A DNA stretch of 63,204 bases, the filler included, from Octopus bimaculoides (Eukaryota): NCBI RefSeq assembly GCF_001194135.2. It is 6 parts of 4 records of this genome, joined end to end, with 100 filler letters (N's around TTAATTAATTAA, not from the genome) between each part and the next. Parts side by side here need not be neighbours in the genome. Positions count along the whole stretch, not along the records: positions 37,956 to 56,102 come from NC_068982.1; positions 56,203 to 63,204 come from NC_068993.1; 4 more parts are not named here. The stretch is one strand, 5' to 3'. The notes under the pieces are model-generated. The model searched no databases, was not told where the DNA came from, and saw nothing but the letters and a program-made list of their open reading frames with translations. Position numbers and translations under genes: made by a program. Below are positions 51,171 through 63,153 of the stretch, piece after piece (position 1 is the first letter of the stretch; each line of letters starts with the position of its first letter).

Positions 51171-53220
51171 TTGGCGACTCTCAATTCAATGTTTAAGATA
51201 ATTTGGTTTCGAAGGAGTATTTTCGATGACTACTATCGGCTTCATACATAGCAAATGCCAGAATTTCTTACTGACTCAGCTTCGGATGTATGTCTTACAG
51301 AAGACCAGTTATTGCACGAGAAGCCGACTGCCAACCATCCTATAACACCAAACAAGACAGTAAAATAAAGAGGAAGAAAGCAAAAATGATAAAACAGTTA
51401 GAGGGAAAAACCTCAATCGAAATAAATACAAAAGAAGTTAAACTGACCATTCTAATATATGCAAAACGAACAAATTGAAAAGGAAAAATTAAAATTAAGA
51501 GGAAATATTGGCACAGAAGCAACAAGGTCATGAAATAGTAGCAACATAGAAGAAAATCCATAGAACTGGAAACACCAAAAAGAAGAACAGCAAAAGAACA
51601 CAGAAGAGAGTTAACAGCAGAAGGAACAACAGTAACTCTGACAACGAAACACCCAATTGTCTTTTTCCAATTTGTGCTGATGTATCAAAGAATATATGAA
51701 CTGTAGTCAGGTCATAAATTATGAAATTTTCTCAGAGTCAATATAAAACAAGAGTAAAAGGAGTATATTTTGGATGTTATACTTTGAAAACAATTCATTA
51801 TAATCTACAGCAGATATTACTCTTGTATAAATATCATCAGATTCCAACATGGATTTAGGGAGGAAAATCTTAATAAGAAATTAATTACGAATTAATAAAT
51901 ATTTGAAAACAATTTAAGGATCACCATTCCTTCAGGAAGTTTTTTTTAATCATTCACCGTTACAGACGTATGTAATGGCAGGAAATATGTTGGAGAAGTT
52001 TGTTGGCAATACGTTTTTGTTTTGTTTTGCATTCAGATATTTTGTTAGAATCCATGGTTATCTATCTTTAACCTGAAATCCCTTTCATTATTGGACGACG
52101 TTTTATTAATCTATACATAGAGGGATCCGAATTTCAACCAAATCAGCATCGGGATGCATCTCTGCCACTTTTGTAATGAAATTTGTCCCGTGAACCAAAT
52201 TTCAATTTTACATGCAACCTTGACAAAAGATTTACAACAATTATAACTTCCTGTACTTTTCCAACGGTTTTTCTGGGCACAAATTCAAGTCAATATTCAT
52301 GATAACACATTGCGATTTATTTACATGCGTTGTAACTATTTTTCTTTCTTTTAAATTTCCGACAACATGTTACAACAATGTTCTTGAATTCAATTTTGAG
52401 CAAAATATTTTTAACGAAATAACGTTCTAAATTGCTGCAGACATATAAGAAGAGAAAACAAAAATTATATTTATAGAAATAAGCAACTAGAAAAAAAGAT
52501 ATACGATATGTTTTTTTCCACTCAGGTGATTCAGAAGATTCAAAACCTATAGCTCAGAAAAATTAAGAATAGACATGACATCGTTCATGAATTAATGAAG
52601 ATAAGCAATTAATTTAATCGTAAGAATACTTATGTATCTTTCCTTATTTCAAATACCAACGACAGTAATAATTCGGTAAATTATTATTATTATATCATAC
52701 GAAATGTAATGAAGATATAGATGTGGCAATAACAGTGTAAATTCCACCATAACCGTCATTGTCATGTTCATCATTAAGAAAATCGCCCACATCGCTATCA
52801 TAGTTACAACAACGACAACAAATGCAATAGCAAAAATAAAAATAAACAACGTAATCATCGCACTGCATATTGCTGTTGTTCTCAGAAATACTCATAGAAA
52901 ATTATGTGGGTACATATATAATCACACTTTTCATAGACATAGATTGCCAATTAGCAATCGATATATTTAAGTATGAATTAATGCCAATAAATCTTCAATT
53001 CCGTTTGGACACATCAAGGTTCCCAAAGCAGACACATCTAAACTCATATCATGATTACAGCTAAATATAATTATGATTAAATGCTATTAAATCCTGTATG
53101 TTTGTATGCAGGTATGTACATGCGATTGTATATCAGCACGAACACCCACAAATATATAAGTACACACCCACACCCACATACACACACATATACACACACA
53201 CATACACACATACACACACT

Positions 53221-53272
<52 letters not shown>

Positions 53273-53689
53273 NNNNNNNNNNNNNNNNNNNNNNNNNNNN
53301 NNNNNNNNNNNNNNNNNNNNNNNNNNNNNNNNNNNNNNNNNNNNNNNNNNNNNNNNNNNNNNNNNNNNNNNNNNNNNNNNNNNNNNNNNNNNNNNNNNNN
53401 NNNNNNNNNNNNNNNNNNNNNNNNNNNNNNNNNNNNNNNNNNNNNNNNNNNNNNNNNNNNNNNNNNNNNNNNNNNNNNNNNNNNNNNNNNNNNNNNNNNN
53501 NNNNNNNNNNNNNNNNNNNNNNNNNNNNNNNNNNNNNNNNNNNNNNNNNNNNNNNNNNNNNNNNNNNNNNNNNNNNNNNNNNNNNNNNNNNNNNNNNNNN
53601 NNNNTGACCATCCCCAAGTACAACAACATCTGTTTCAACACACGATTTCACATAAAAAATCTTGCAAAACAAATATATATATATATATA

Positions 53690-53830
53690 TATACAATAAT
53701 AATTTACAGAAATTTACACAAGGCGAAGATAGGTGAATAAACAACAAACAAGTGTATTAGTTTAACACTCAGGAAGGAGAGAAAGTCTTTCACGTTTCGA
53801 GCCTACGCTCTTCAATAGAAATGTACACGG
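53690..53830 (-). repeat. Dispersed repeat (second copy of 47870 family) with decayed hammerhead motif at 53822-53787
   Basis: Reverse strand ATTT-CTATTGA-A-GAGC(GTAG)GCTC-GAAA-CGT-G-AAAGACTTTCTC..GAGTGTTAAACTAATACA..TGTTTGTTGTT. Confidence 0.65.
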
Positions 53831-54197
53831 CTAGCGTTTAATCGTAGCGGCTGGCTCGACGGAGGTGGTTCGACAGGAGAGCTAGGAAGAAGGGGAGACA
53901 ATAAAGTATTGGCGGTCCCAAAACGAAGGTGCGCGTGCGTGTTTCTGTGAGAGTGTGTGTGTGTGTGTGCGTCTGTAATGTGTGGGTGTGTGGATGCCGG
54001 GTAGTGGTCAGTGCTAGTGTGTGCGGGGTGGTGTGATGTGGTGTGATGTGGCGCGGTTTGGTGTGCTGTGGTATGATGTGGTGTGGTGGCGTGTGGTGTT
54101 GTGTGTGTGCTGGGAAGTGGTCAGTGGTAGTGTGGGCGACACACACACACACTCACTCACACGCACACACACATATATATATACATACCTTAATATA

Positions 54198-54445
54198 CTG
54201 AGTGCGATGAATAAATTGGTAGTAGCAATCGCATCTCATTTTAGCAGATATGTTTACCAAAATTACACAAGAGATCCTTGTATTCTTGAAATATTAAAGA
54301 GTAATTGTATTCAATAAAATCGCCAATTGTTTCAGCCACAACCTTCAGACGACGTCTGAATCTCATGTGCCACTCTTCTGAACGGTCTCCCATTTTAAGT
54401 TGGTGAATTTTACCACAATCCTTGATTTCACTTCAAACAAGATGA
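54198..54445 (-). mobile_element. Tc1/mariner (DD37D/maT-like) 3' end
   Basis: Reverse strand NLKWETVQK/RFRRRLKVVAETIGDFIE (cf. KETVxKACxRFRxRLEAVVEAxGxFxE), then 3' UTR ending AATTTATTCATCGCACTCAG-TA. Confidence 0.65.
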
Positions 54446-54822
54446 GGACAAATATCCGTCGAATGTAAATAACATACATATGCTACGGTGCTAATTTGAT
54501 TATCATGTGATAACTTTGGGCGATATCAATAAAAGGCAACCGATTCTCCTGTAATTGGTGTTGAGATATGTATGCCTCTGTTTAGCTAATTTACATGTTC
54601 CCTCTTTTCTAATTAAATCCCTTATTCTTCAGGGACCACCAAAGTTCAGAACATGCAATTACGGTATTTCTTTAAAGCAGCTAACGCCCTCTGGTGTTTC
54701 GAGTACAAAAGTCCCCAGTTTGATATCATGACAGTGGTGGTATGAAATTAATGGTAAATCCAGTAAACCAAATTCTGTAGAGAAACACACAAGACATGTA
54801 CAGTCGTCGAGCACGATATATA

Positions 54823-54949
54823 AAGGGTGTCCACAAAGTCTGGGTACATGGGGATTAACACATAGTTTAAGAAATAATTATTTCTTATATTTAATTGTTT
54901 ATGTTATGATTTTATTTACTCCATGTACCAAGACTTTGTGGACACCATG
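54823..54949. mobile_element. 127-bp Tc1/mariner-type MITE
   Basis: 29-bp TIRs, 26/29 identical (AAGGGTGTCCACAAAGTCTGGGTACATGG / CCATGTACCAAGACTTTGTGGACACCATG), TA on both sides (54821-54822, 54950-54951). Confidence 0.92.
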
Positions 54950-55136
54950 TAGATATTTAGAATGCACTTTCGTTAATAGAAGTATCATTTATCTTAAATA
55001 ATTGCGGATGACATGGAAGAATATTGTTTAGATTTATAATCATTATATTATACTGATTCAAACTGACCTTTTGCAAGTCAGGATGAGCATATTTGAACAC
55101 GTAATTAATTTCATCTCCACAATATTTATATTACTA

Positions 55137-55246
55137 AGGCGGTGAGCTGGCAGAATCGTTAACACACCGGCTGAAATGCTTAGTGTTCTGTCAGCCCTCA
55201 CGTTCTGAGTTCAAATTTCGCCCAGGTCGACTTTACATTTCATCCT
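55137..55246 (+). mobile_element. SINE family A 5' half
   Basis: AGGCGGTGAGCTGGCAGAATCGTTAACAC..GTTCTGAGTTCAAATTTCGCCCAGGTCGACTTTACATTTCATCCT. Confidence 0.85.
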
Positions 55247-55338
55247 GGACACAGATTTAGAGGCGATGGCCTATTGGAGCTATTCAACGGCAGCATTAGT
55301 CCTATTTATCTGGACTGCCATGTTAGACTGACGATGAC

Positions 55339-55374
<36 letters not shown>

Positions 55375-55517
55375 CGTTCGTGTGTGTGTATGTATGTGTG
55401 TGTGTATACATATCTATCTATATCGAAGCAAGCATATTTATTTATTTATTTATTTATGGGTTTCAGCCAAGTGGCTGTGGTCATGCTGGAGCACCACCGT
55501 GATTTTCTGTCTTTATG

Positions 55518-56013
55518 CATTGCTCTCTTGACGTTCCTTGCATGGCTCTTCTCCTGCACCTGATATAGTCCAATCAAGAGTTTTGATGGCACATCTGGTG
55601 TATAAGAGAATTTGACATCGCTGCCCTAAACTGTCGGGTATCGTGGAGAGGAAAGCGTCGAGTTTTGTCTTGAAGACCTCCACATCCGTGTCTTGCAGGT
55701 CTCTCAAATGTTTTGGCAGGGCATTGAAGAGCTGAGGTCCTCAGCACTATCTTGTTCATATGTGAGATGCAGTGGACGGCACCATTGGCACCATGCACTG
55801 GCGACCCGTGCGTGCATTCCTGTAGTACTTGATGCCAAAGTTCGGCACCAGTCCTTCCGGTATTTTCCATATGTATATTATTACATATCTCTCCCGCCTG
55901 CGTTCCAGGGAGTAGAGACCTAGTGCCTGCAGTCGCTCCCTGTATTTCATCTGCTGGACTGTGACGATCTTTTTTGTATAGTGCCGCTGAATTGCCTCGA
56001 GTTCTGCTGTCCG
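55518..56013 (-). mobile_element. CR1/L2-like LINE 3' end (ORF2 C-terminus)
   Basis: TAELEAIQRHYTKKI..MKYRERLQALGLYSLERRRERYVIIYIWKIPEGLVPN..(stops)..GPQLFNALPKHLRDL..FKTKLDAFLSTIPD. Confidence 0.92.
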
Positions 56014-56538
56014 TTATTTAACTATATGTAAATATGGTTGGCTAAATACAATTTTCGTGTGCGTGAGTGTGGCTATGTGTATGTAATTGAATGGACGCTT
56101 ATNNNNNNNNNNNNNNNNNNNNNNNNNNNNNNNNNNNNNNNNNNNNTTAATTAATTAANNNNNNNNNNNNNNNNNNNNNNNNNNNNNNNNNNNNNNNNNN
56201 NNTATATGTATGTATATATATATATGCGTATATACATACCAACGCTAACGATGGATTTGAAATTTGAAATGATACCGACGGAGCACATGTTGAAAATTTT
56301 GAATCAAGATTCCACGTAAATTTTTGACGTACGATTCCTAAATCTATTAGTTTTAGTTTCATAGTTAAGTAACAGACACAGAATTCTGTCAAAATTTGAA
56401 AAAAATTTGCTCGATTTCGTTGAAATAGTTGGTTTATTCTGGCACACGCTGTATATTTATTGAACAAGATAATAACAGCCTCTCCTCATTAAATTAACGT
56501 CGTATTATTATGGTTAACGTTACTGTGGTTAAACTTAC

Positions 56539-56646
56539 CTCACTGTTTCCTTCGTCGTAACGGAGTACTCTCCGCCTAGTTCTTTCGTTGTCATTTCCAT
56601 TTCGTTAGTTAAAGATTCATTCCGATCACTACTCTGAGAATCTTCG
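56539..56646 (-). CDS. Internal exon, repeat copy 1: (S)EDSQSSDRNESLTNEMEMTTKELGGEYSVTTKETV
   Basis: TTCGTTTCAG|C...AG|GTAAGT; 108 nt, phase 2-2, no stop. Confidence 0.72.
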
Positions 56647-58065
56647 CTGAAACGAATAGATATATACATGTTTGAATGAAAGTCCACGTGTGTATGCATA
56701 CAGGTATGTATGTATGTATGCATGCATGCATGTATGTATGTATGTAGGTTTGTATGTACGTATGTATGTATGTATGTATGTTTGTATGTATACATGCACT
56801 CATGTGTGTATGTATCTATGTATGTATGTACGTATGTATGTATGTATGTATGTATGTATGCATGTATGTACGTATGTATGTATGTATATATGCATCTATT
56901 TGTGTATGTATGTCTGTATGTATATTTGTATGCACGTATGCATTTATGTACGAATGCATACACAACTTATACCTTTTACTTGTTGCAGTCATTTGAATGC
57001 GGCTGCGGAGGAGGGCAGTCCTGAAGCGTTTTTTTAATAAAAAAAATTGGAACTCAGGACTTATTTTTCACCTATTATTCGAACGGTGTATTTTACCGAA
57101 CTTCTAAGATAAGAAACAGGAAACTCACCAACAGGAATTGCCAAGCAATGGTAGTGAAGGTACAAAAACAGACAGAAAGACAAATACACACACACACACA
57201 CACACACACACGCACGCACTCAGACACAGACACACTCATACCCACACACTCAGTGGGAGTGATATAATCGTAGAAAGGGTGACAAAGTGACAGTGAGGTA
57301 AACACATATTGGGTATGGAAGGGTTTGCCATGAGGAAATCGAAAAATCACAGATGTACAGAAATTGAAAGATCTTTTCTGTTGATTTCACAGATTATGAA
57401 ACTTTAAAATTAAGTCAAAATTTTCAAATTTGGTATATTGATGTACTTTTCCACGCTGAATCATTTATTCCTGAGTGGTGAATAATAGACATTGGTTGAT
57501 GGTGACAGAGAGAAAGGGATTTGTAGATGTAAGTGTTGAGTTACTCGTAGAAAATAAGAATCATTAATGCCTAGTTGAGGATGACATTGCCTATGGAAAG
57601 CAGATTACGAAAATTAAATTTGTTTTTCACACAAAGGCACTGCTTCGCTGCTTTTCGGGGCAAAACACACATGCATAACTATATGCTACGTATTTCTATT
57701 GTACACACACACACACATATAAATAAATGATATTTATGTATAATATACATGTGAGTATATACATAGGAATGCTAACGATGGATTTGAAATTTGAAATGAT
57801 ACCGACGGAGCATATGTTGAAAACTTTGAATCAAGATTTCACGTAAATTTTTGACGTACGATTTATAAATCTATTAGTTTTACTTTCATACTTAAGTAAC
57901 AGACACACAATTCTGTCAGATTTCAAAGAAAATTTGCCCGACTTCATTGAAATAGATGGTTAATTCTGGCACACCCTGTATATTTATTGAACAAGATAAT
58001 AACAACCTCTCCTCATTAAATTAACGTCGTATTATTATGGTTAACGTTACTGTAGTTAAACTTAC

Positions 58066-58173
58066 CTCACTGTTTCCTTCGTCGTAACGGAGTACTCTCC
58101 GCCTAGTTCTTCCGTTGTCATTTCCATTTCGTTAGTTAAAGATTCATTCCGATCACTACTCTGAGAATCTTCG
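58066..58173 (-). CDS. Internal exon, repeat copy 2: (S)EDSQSSDRNESLTNEMEMTTEELGGEYSVTTKETV
   Basis: TTCGTTTCAG|...AG|GTAAGT; 108 nt, phase 2-2, no stop. Confidence 0.72.
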
Positions 58174-59125
58174 CTGAAACGAATAGATATATACATGTTT
58201 GAATGAAAGCCCACGTGTGTATGCATACAGGTATGTATGTATGTGTGTATGTATGTATGTATGTATGTATGTATTTATGTATCTATGTATGTGTGTATGC
58301 CAGTTTCGAAATATATGTGTATGTGAGTGTTTGTGAGTGTTTATGTGAGTATTTGAAAGTGTGTCTATTTCTGAACGTGTGTGTGTATATATATTCACAT
58401 ACACACACATGTCCTCCACATGTTTGTGAGTGTGTATGTGAGTATTTGAAAGTGTGTGTCTATTTCTGAACGTGTGTGTGTATATATATTCACATACACA
58501 CACATGTCCACCAGAACGCACACACTCACATGCAGAGTAATATACACACACACACAACACGTAAACACCCACACACACAAACAGCCACACACAAACACAC
58601 ACACACAAACACACACACATAGACACACTCACATCTATATAGGTATATACATATAAATAGATGATATTTGTGCATATTATACATGTTCGTATATACATGG
58701 CAGCGCTAACGGTAGATTTCAAAATTTGCAGTAATATAGACGGAGTACATGTTGAATGTTTGACGTAAGATTTCACGTATAAATAGATTATACTTTTGTA
58801 TAATATACATGTGCGTATATACATACGAATGCTAACGATGGATTTGAAATTTGAAATGATACAGGCGGAGCACATGTTGAGAATTTTGAAACAAGATTTC
58901 ACGTAAATTTTTGACGTACGATTTATAAATCTATTAGTGTTAGTTTTATAGTTAAGTAACAGACACATAATTCTGTCGGAACTGGAAAAAAATTTGCCCG
59001 ATTTCATTGAAATAGATGGTTAATTCTGGCACACCCTGTATATTTATTGAACAAGATAATAACGGCGTAGTCTCATTAAATTAACGTCGTATTATTATGG
59101 TTAACGTTACTGTGGTTAAACTTAC

Positions 59126-59233
59126 CTCACTGTTTTCTTCGTCGTAACGGGGTCCTCTTTGCTTAAATCTTTCGTTGTCATTTCCATTTCGTTAGTTAAA
59201 GATTCATTCCGTTCACTACTCTGAGAATCTTCG
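59126..59233 (-). CDS. Internal exon, repeat copy 3: (S)EDSQSSERNESLTNEMEMTTKDLSKEDPVTTKKTV
   Basis: TTCGTTTCAG|...AG|GTAAGT; 108 nt, phase 2-2, no stop. Confidence 0.72.
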
Positions 59234-59413
59234 CTGAAACGAATAGATATATACATGTTTGAATGAAAGCCTACGTGTGTATGCACACAGGTATGTATGT
59301 TATCAATCAGTTTCATTTCTGTATTTATTGTCAATAGAGAAAGAGCCGGACTCTAACATAGATTCAAGGCTCCTTCATTGGAGCTTTTATGAACATCATC
59401 TAGGTATTTGTGC

Positions 59414-59449
<36 letters not shown>

Positions 59450-59453
<4 letters not shown>

Positions 59454-61287
59454 TTTGGTGTTAGTGTATGCGCAGATTTGTATGTTTGATTTATGGATGC
59501 ATTTTTATGTATATATTTTCATATCTAGATGCATGCGTATGTATTTATGTGCTAATTTTTTGGAAAGTTTTACATATCTTTACTTTTCTATTGATGGCTT
59601 GAATCTGTAGTCTTCTAATCAGGCTTTTTCTTTCAGGTTTTGAGAACCCTAGTTTTTCCAGGATTTTGTTGAGGCAGTTCGTTACATATCCCAATGCCTC
59701 AACAACCACGGGTATGAATCTGAACTTGTAGTCTGTGTGGAGTATCTGCAAATTTCTCAGTATCTTGGCGTAGTTGTTCTCCTTTTCTCTAATCTTTAGT
59801 GTGATGTTGACATCCGCGGGACAGCTGATTTCTACTACTGTACAAAGTTTCTCTTCTCTGTCCCAGATTACTATATCCGGTCTATTATGTCTGCATTTTA
59901 TAGAGGTTTTTGTTGGGACATTCCACCAATACTCTTTCATATTGTGAGTGGTAATGGCCTCTACCTCATTAAGGGTTTTCATCTCCTTAGCCTCGGGGTT
60001 ACCCTGTCGGCGGATTTCATTGTACAGTGTTTTGGCCACAACATCATGTCTCATAGGTAGGTAATACCGTGATGACATTTTTGGACAGCTGCTGATGATG
60101 TGGGTGATATCTTCGATACTGATGCCACAGAGTCTGAATAGGTTATTACATTGTGGCGCTTTGCCCGCCTCTCTGTCCCGTTTGTTTATTAGGAATTTGG
60201 TTGCTATTTCTTGTTCTTGAATAGCAAAGGCATACCCTTCAAAGTGAGAGCTGGTGACCCGATTGTTTGTCCACGATAGACTGCTCTGGTTGTCAATGTT
60301 GTTATCACTCTGGAGCTTNNNNNNNNNNNNNNNNNNNNNNNNNNNNNNNNNNNNNNNNNNNNNNNNNNNNNNNNNNNNNNNNNNNNNNNNNNNNNNNNNN
60401 NNNNNNNNNNNNNNNNNNNNNNNNNNNNNNNNNNNNNNNNNNNNNNNNNNNNNNNNNNNNNNNNNNNNNNNNNNNNNNNNNNNNNNNNNNNNNNNNNNNN
60501 NNNNNNNNNNNNNNNNNNNNNNNNNNNNNNNNNNNNNNNNNNNNNNNNNNNNNNNNNNNNNNNNNNNNNNNNNNNNNNNNNNNNNNNNNNNNNNNNNNNN
60601 NNNNNNNNNNNNNNNNNNNNNNNNNNNNNNNNNNNNNNNNNNNNNNNNNNNNNNNNNNNNNNNNNNNNNNNNNNNNNNNNNNNNNNNNNNNNNNNNNNNN
60701 NNNNNNNNNNNNNNNNNNNNNNNNNNNNNNNNNNNNNNNNNNNNNNNNNNNNNNNNNNNNNNNNNNNNNNNNNNNNNNNNNNNNNNNNNNNNNNNNNNNN
60801 NNNNNNNNNNNNNNNNNNNNNNNNNNNNNNNNNNNNNNNNNNNNNNNNNNNNNNNNNNNNNNNNNNNNNNNNNNNNNNNNNNNNNNNNNNNNNNNNNNNN
60901 NNNNNNNNNNNNNNNNNNNNNNNNNNNNNNNNNNNNNNNNNNNNNNNNNNNNNNNNNNNNNNNNNNNNNNNNNNNNNNNNNNNNNNNNNNNNNNNNNNNN
61001 NNNNNNNNNNNNNNNNNNNNNNNNNNNNNNNNNNNNNNNNNNNNNNNNNNNNNNNNNNNNNNNNNNNNNNNNNNNNNNNNNNNNNNNNNNNNNNNNNNNN
61101 NNNNNNNNNNNNNNNNNNNNNNNNNNNNNNNNNNNNNNNNNNNNNNNNNNNNNNNNNNNNNNNNNNNNNNNNNNNNNNNNNNNNNNNNNNNNNNNNNNNN
61201 NNNNNNNNNNNNNNNNNNNNNNNNNNNNNNNNTGGTGTTTCTGTTTGCCTGCGCTCCAATTAGATACCCTTCATACTTCTTCAGCAT
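59450..61287 (-). mobile_element. Young 5'-truncated R4/Dong-like non-LTR retrotransposon in an intron of the array
   Basis: 257 open codons (60318-59548): FEGYAFAIQEQEIATK, FRLC..EDITHIISSC (zinc knuckle), RHDVVAK, WWNVP, RHNRPDIVIWD..VVEISCP..REKENNY, IPVVVEALG (RLE). Across the gap, LKKYEGYLIGAQANRNT (61286-61232) resembles the linker before the RT LF(V/M)DD motif. Confidence 0.92.
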
Positions 61288-62334
61288 GTGTGTATGTATG
61301 TATGTATGTATGCATGTATGTATGTATGTATGTATGTATGTATGTATGTATGTATATATGTATGTATGCATCTATTTGTGTATATATATGTGTGTATGTA
61401 TATTTGTATGAACGTATGCATTATTTTCGAATGCATACAAAACTTATACCTTTTACTTGATGCAGTCATTTGAATGCCGCTGCGGAGGAGGACAGGCTTG
61501 AAGCGTTTTTTATTTGGAAAAAAATCGAACTCAGGACTTATTTTTCTCTTATTATTCGAACAGTGTATTTTACCGAACCTCTAAGATAAGAGAAAGGAAA
61601 CTCACCAACAGCAATTGTCAAGCAATGGTAGTGAAGGGACAACACACACAGAAAGACACACACACACGCACAAACACACACACTCACACACACACACACG
61701 CGCACACACACACACACACACACTCACACACTCACACACACATGTACATACTACACTTTATCGTGCAGTTACTGTTAATACTTCATTTAGAGAATTAACA
61801 TTGCTTGTTTTCACCTTTTCAATATCAGTGAAGAATTTCACTGGAAAAGAAGATATAAGTTTGCCAGGTTTTTGTCTCTCTCACCAAAACTACGTCAAAA
61901 GTACTGAACGGATCTTTATNNNNNNNNNNNNNNNNNNNNNNNNNNNNNNNNNNNNNNNNNNNNNNNNNNNNNNNNNNNNNNNNNNNNNNNNNNNNNNNNN
62001 NNNNNNNNNNNNNNNNNNNNNNNNNNNNNNNNNNNNNNNNNNNNNNNNNNNNNNNNNNNNNNNNNNNNNNNNNNNNNNNNNNNNNNNNNNNNNNNNNNNN
62101 NNNNNNNNNNNNNNNNNNNNNNNNNNNNNNNNNNNNNNNNNNNNNNNNNNNNNNNNNNNNNNNNNNNNNNNNNNNNNNNNNNNNNNNNNNNNNNNNNNNN
62201 NNNNNNNNNNNNNNNNNNNNNNNNNNNNNNNNNNNNNNNNNNNNNNNNNNNNNNNNNNNNNNNNNNNNNNNNNNNNNNNNNNNNNNNNNNNNNNNNNNNN
62301 NNNNNNNNNNNNNNNNNTATGTATATATATATAT

Positions 62335-62365
<31 letters not shown>

Positions 62366-62721
62366 CATACACATATAAATAGATGATATTTGTGTATAAT
62401 ATACATGTGCGTATATACATACCAACGCTGACAATGGATTTGAAAATTGAAATGATACAGACGGAGCAGATGTTGAAAATTCTGACGCCAGATTTCACGT
62501 AAACTTTTGACGTACGATTTATAAATCTATTAGTTTTAGCTTCATAGTTAAGTAACAAATAGAAAATTCTGTCAGAATTGGAAAAAAAGTTGCCCGATTT
62601 CATTGAAATAGATGATTAATTCTGGCACACCCTGTATATTCATTGAACAAGATAATAACGGCGTTGTCTCACTAAATTAACGTCGTACTAATATGGTTAA
62701 CGTTACTGTGGTTAAAATTAC

Positions 62722-62829
62722 CTCACGGTTTCCTTTGTCGTAACGGAGTCCTCTCTGCTTAAATCTTTCGTTGTCATTTCCATTTCGTTAGTTAAAGATT
62801 CATTCCGTTCACTACTCTGAGAATCTTCG
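62722..62829 (-). CDS. Internal exon, repeat copy 4: (S)EDSQSSERNESLTNEMEMTTKDLSREDSVTTKETV
   Basis: TTCGTTTCAG|...AG|GTAATT; 108 nt, phase 2-2, no stop. Confidence 0.7.
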
Positions 62830-63153
62830 CTGAAACGAATAGATATATACATGTTTGAATGAAAGCCTACGTGTGTATGCACACAGGTATGTATGTTATC
62901 AATCAGTTTCATTTCTGTATTTATTGTCAATAGAGAAAGAGCCGGACTCTAACATAGATTCAAGGCTCCTTCATTGGAACTTTTATGAACATCATCTAGG
63001 TATTTGTGCACATGTGTGTGTGTGTGTGTACAGGACTTATTTTTCATCTATTATTCGAACGGTGTATTTTACCGAACTTCTAAGATCAGAGACAGGAATC
63101 TCACCAACAGCAATTGTGAAGCAATAGTAGTGAAGGGACAACCGCATAGAGAA

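Noticed and set aside
51900-52450. Possible Tc1-like HTH remnant on the minus strand
   Set aside because: Only a vague ERYFVKN..CRKFKRK similarity; too degraded to support.
24695-61460. Long ORFs (290-608 aa) in the track
   Set aside because: They are mostly X residues from N gaps; frame continuity across gaps is meaningless.
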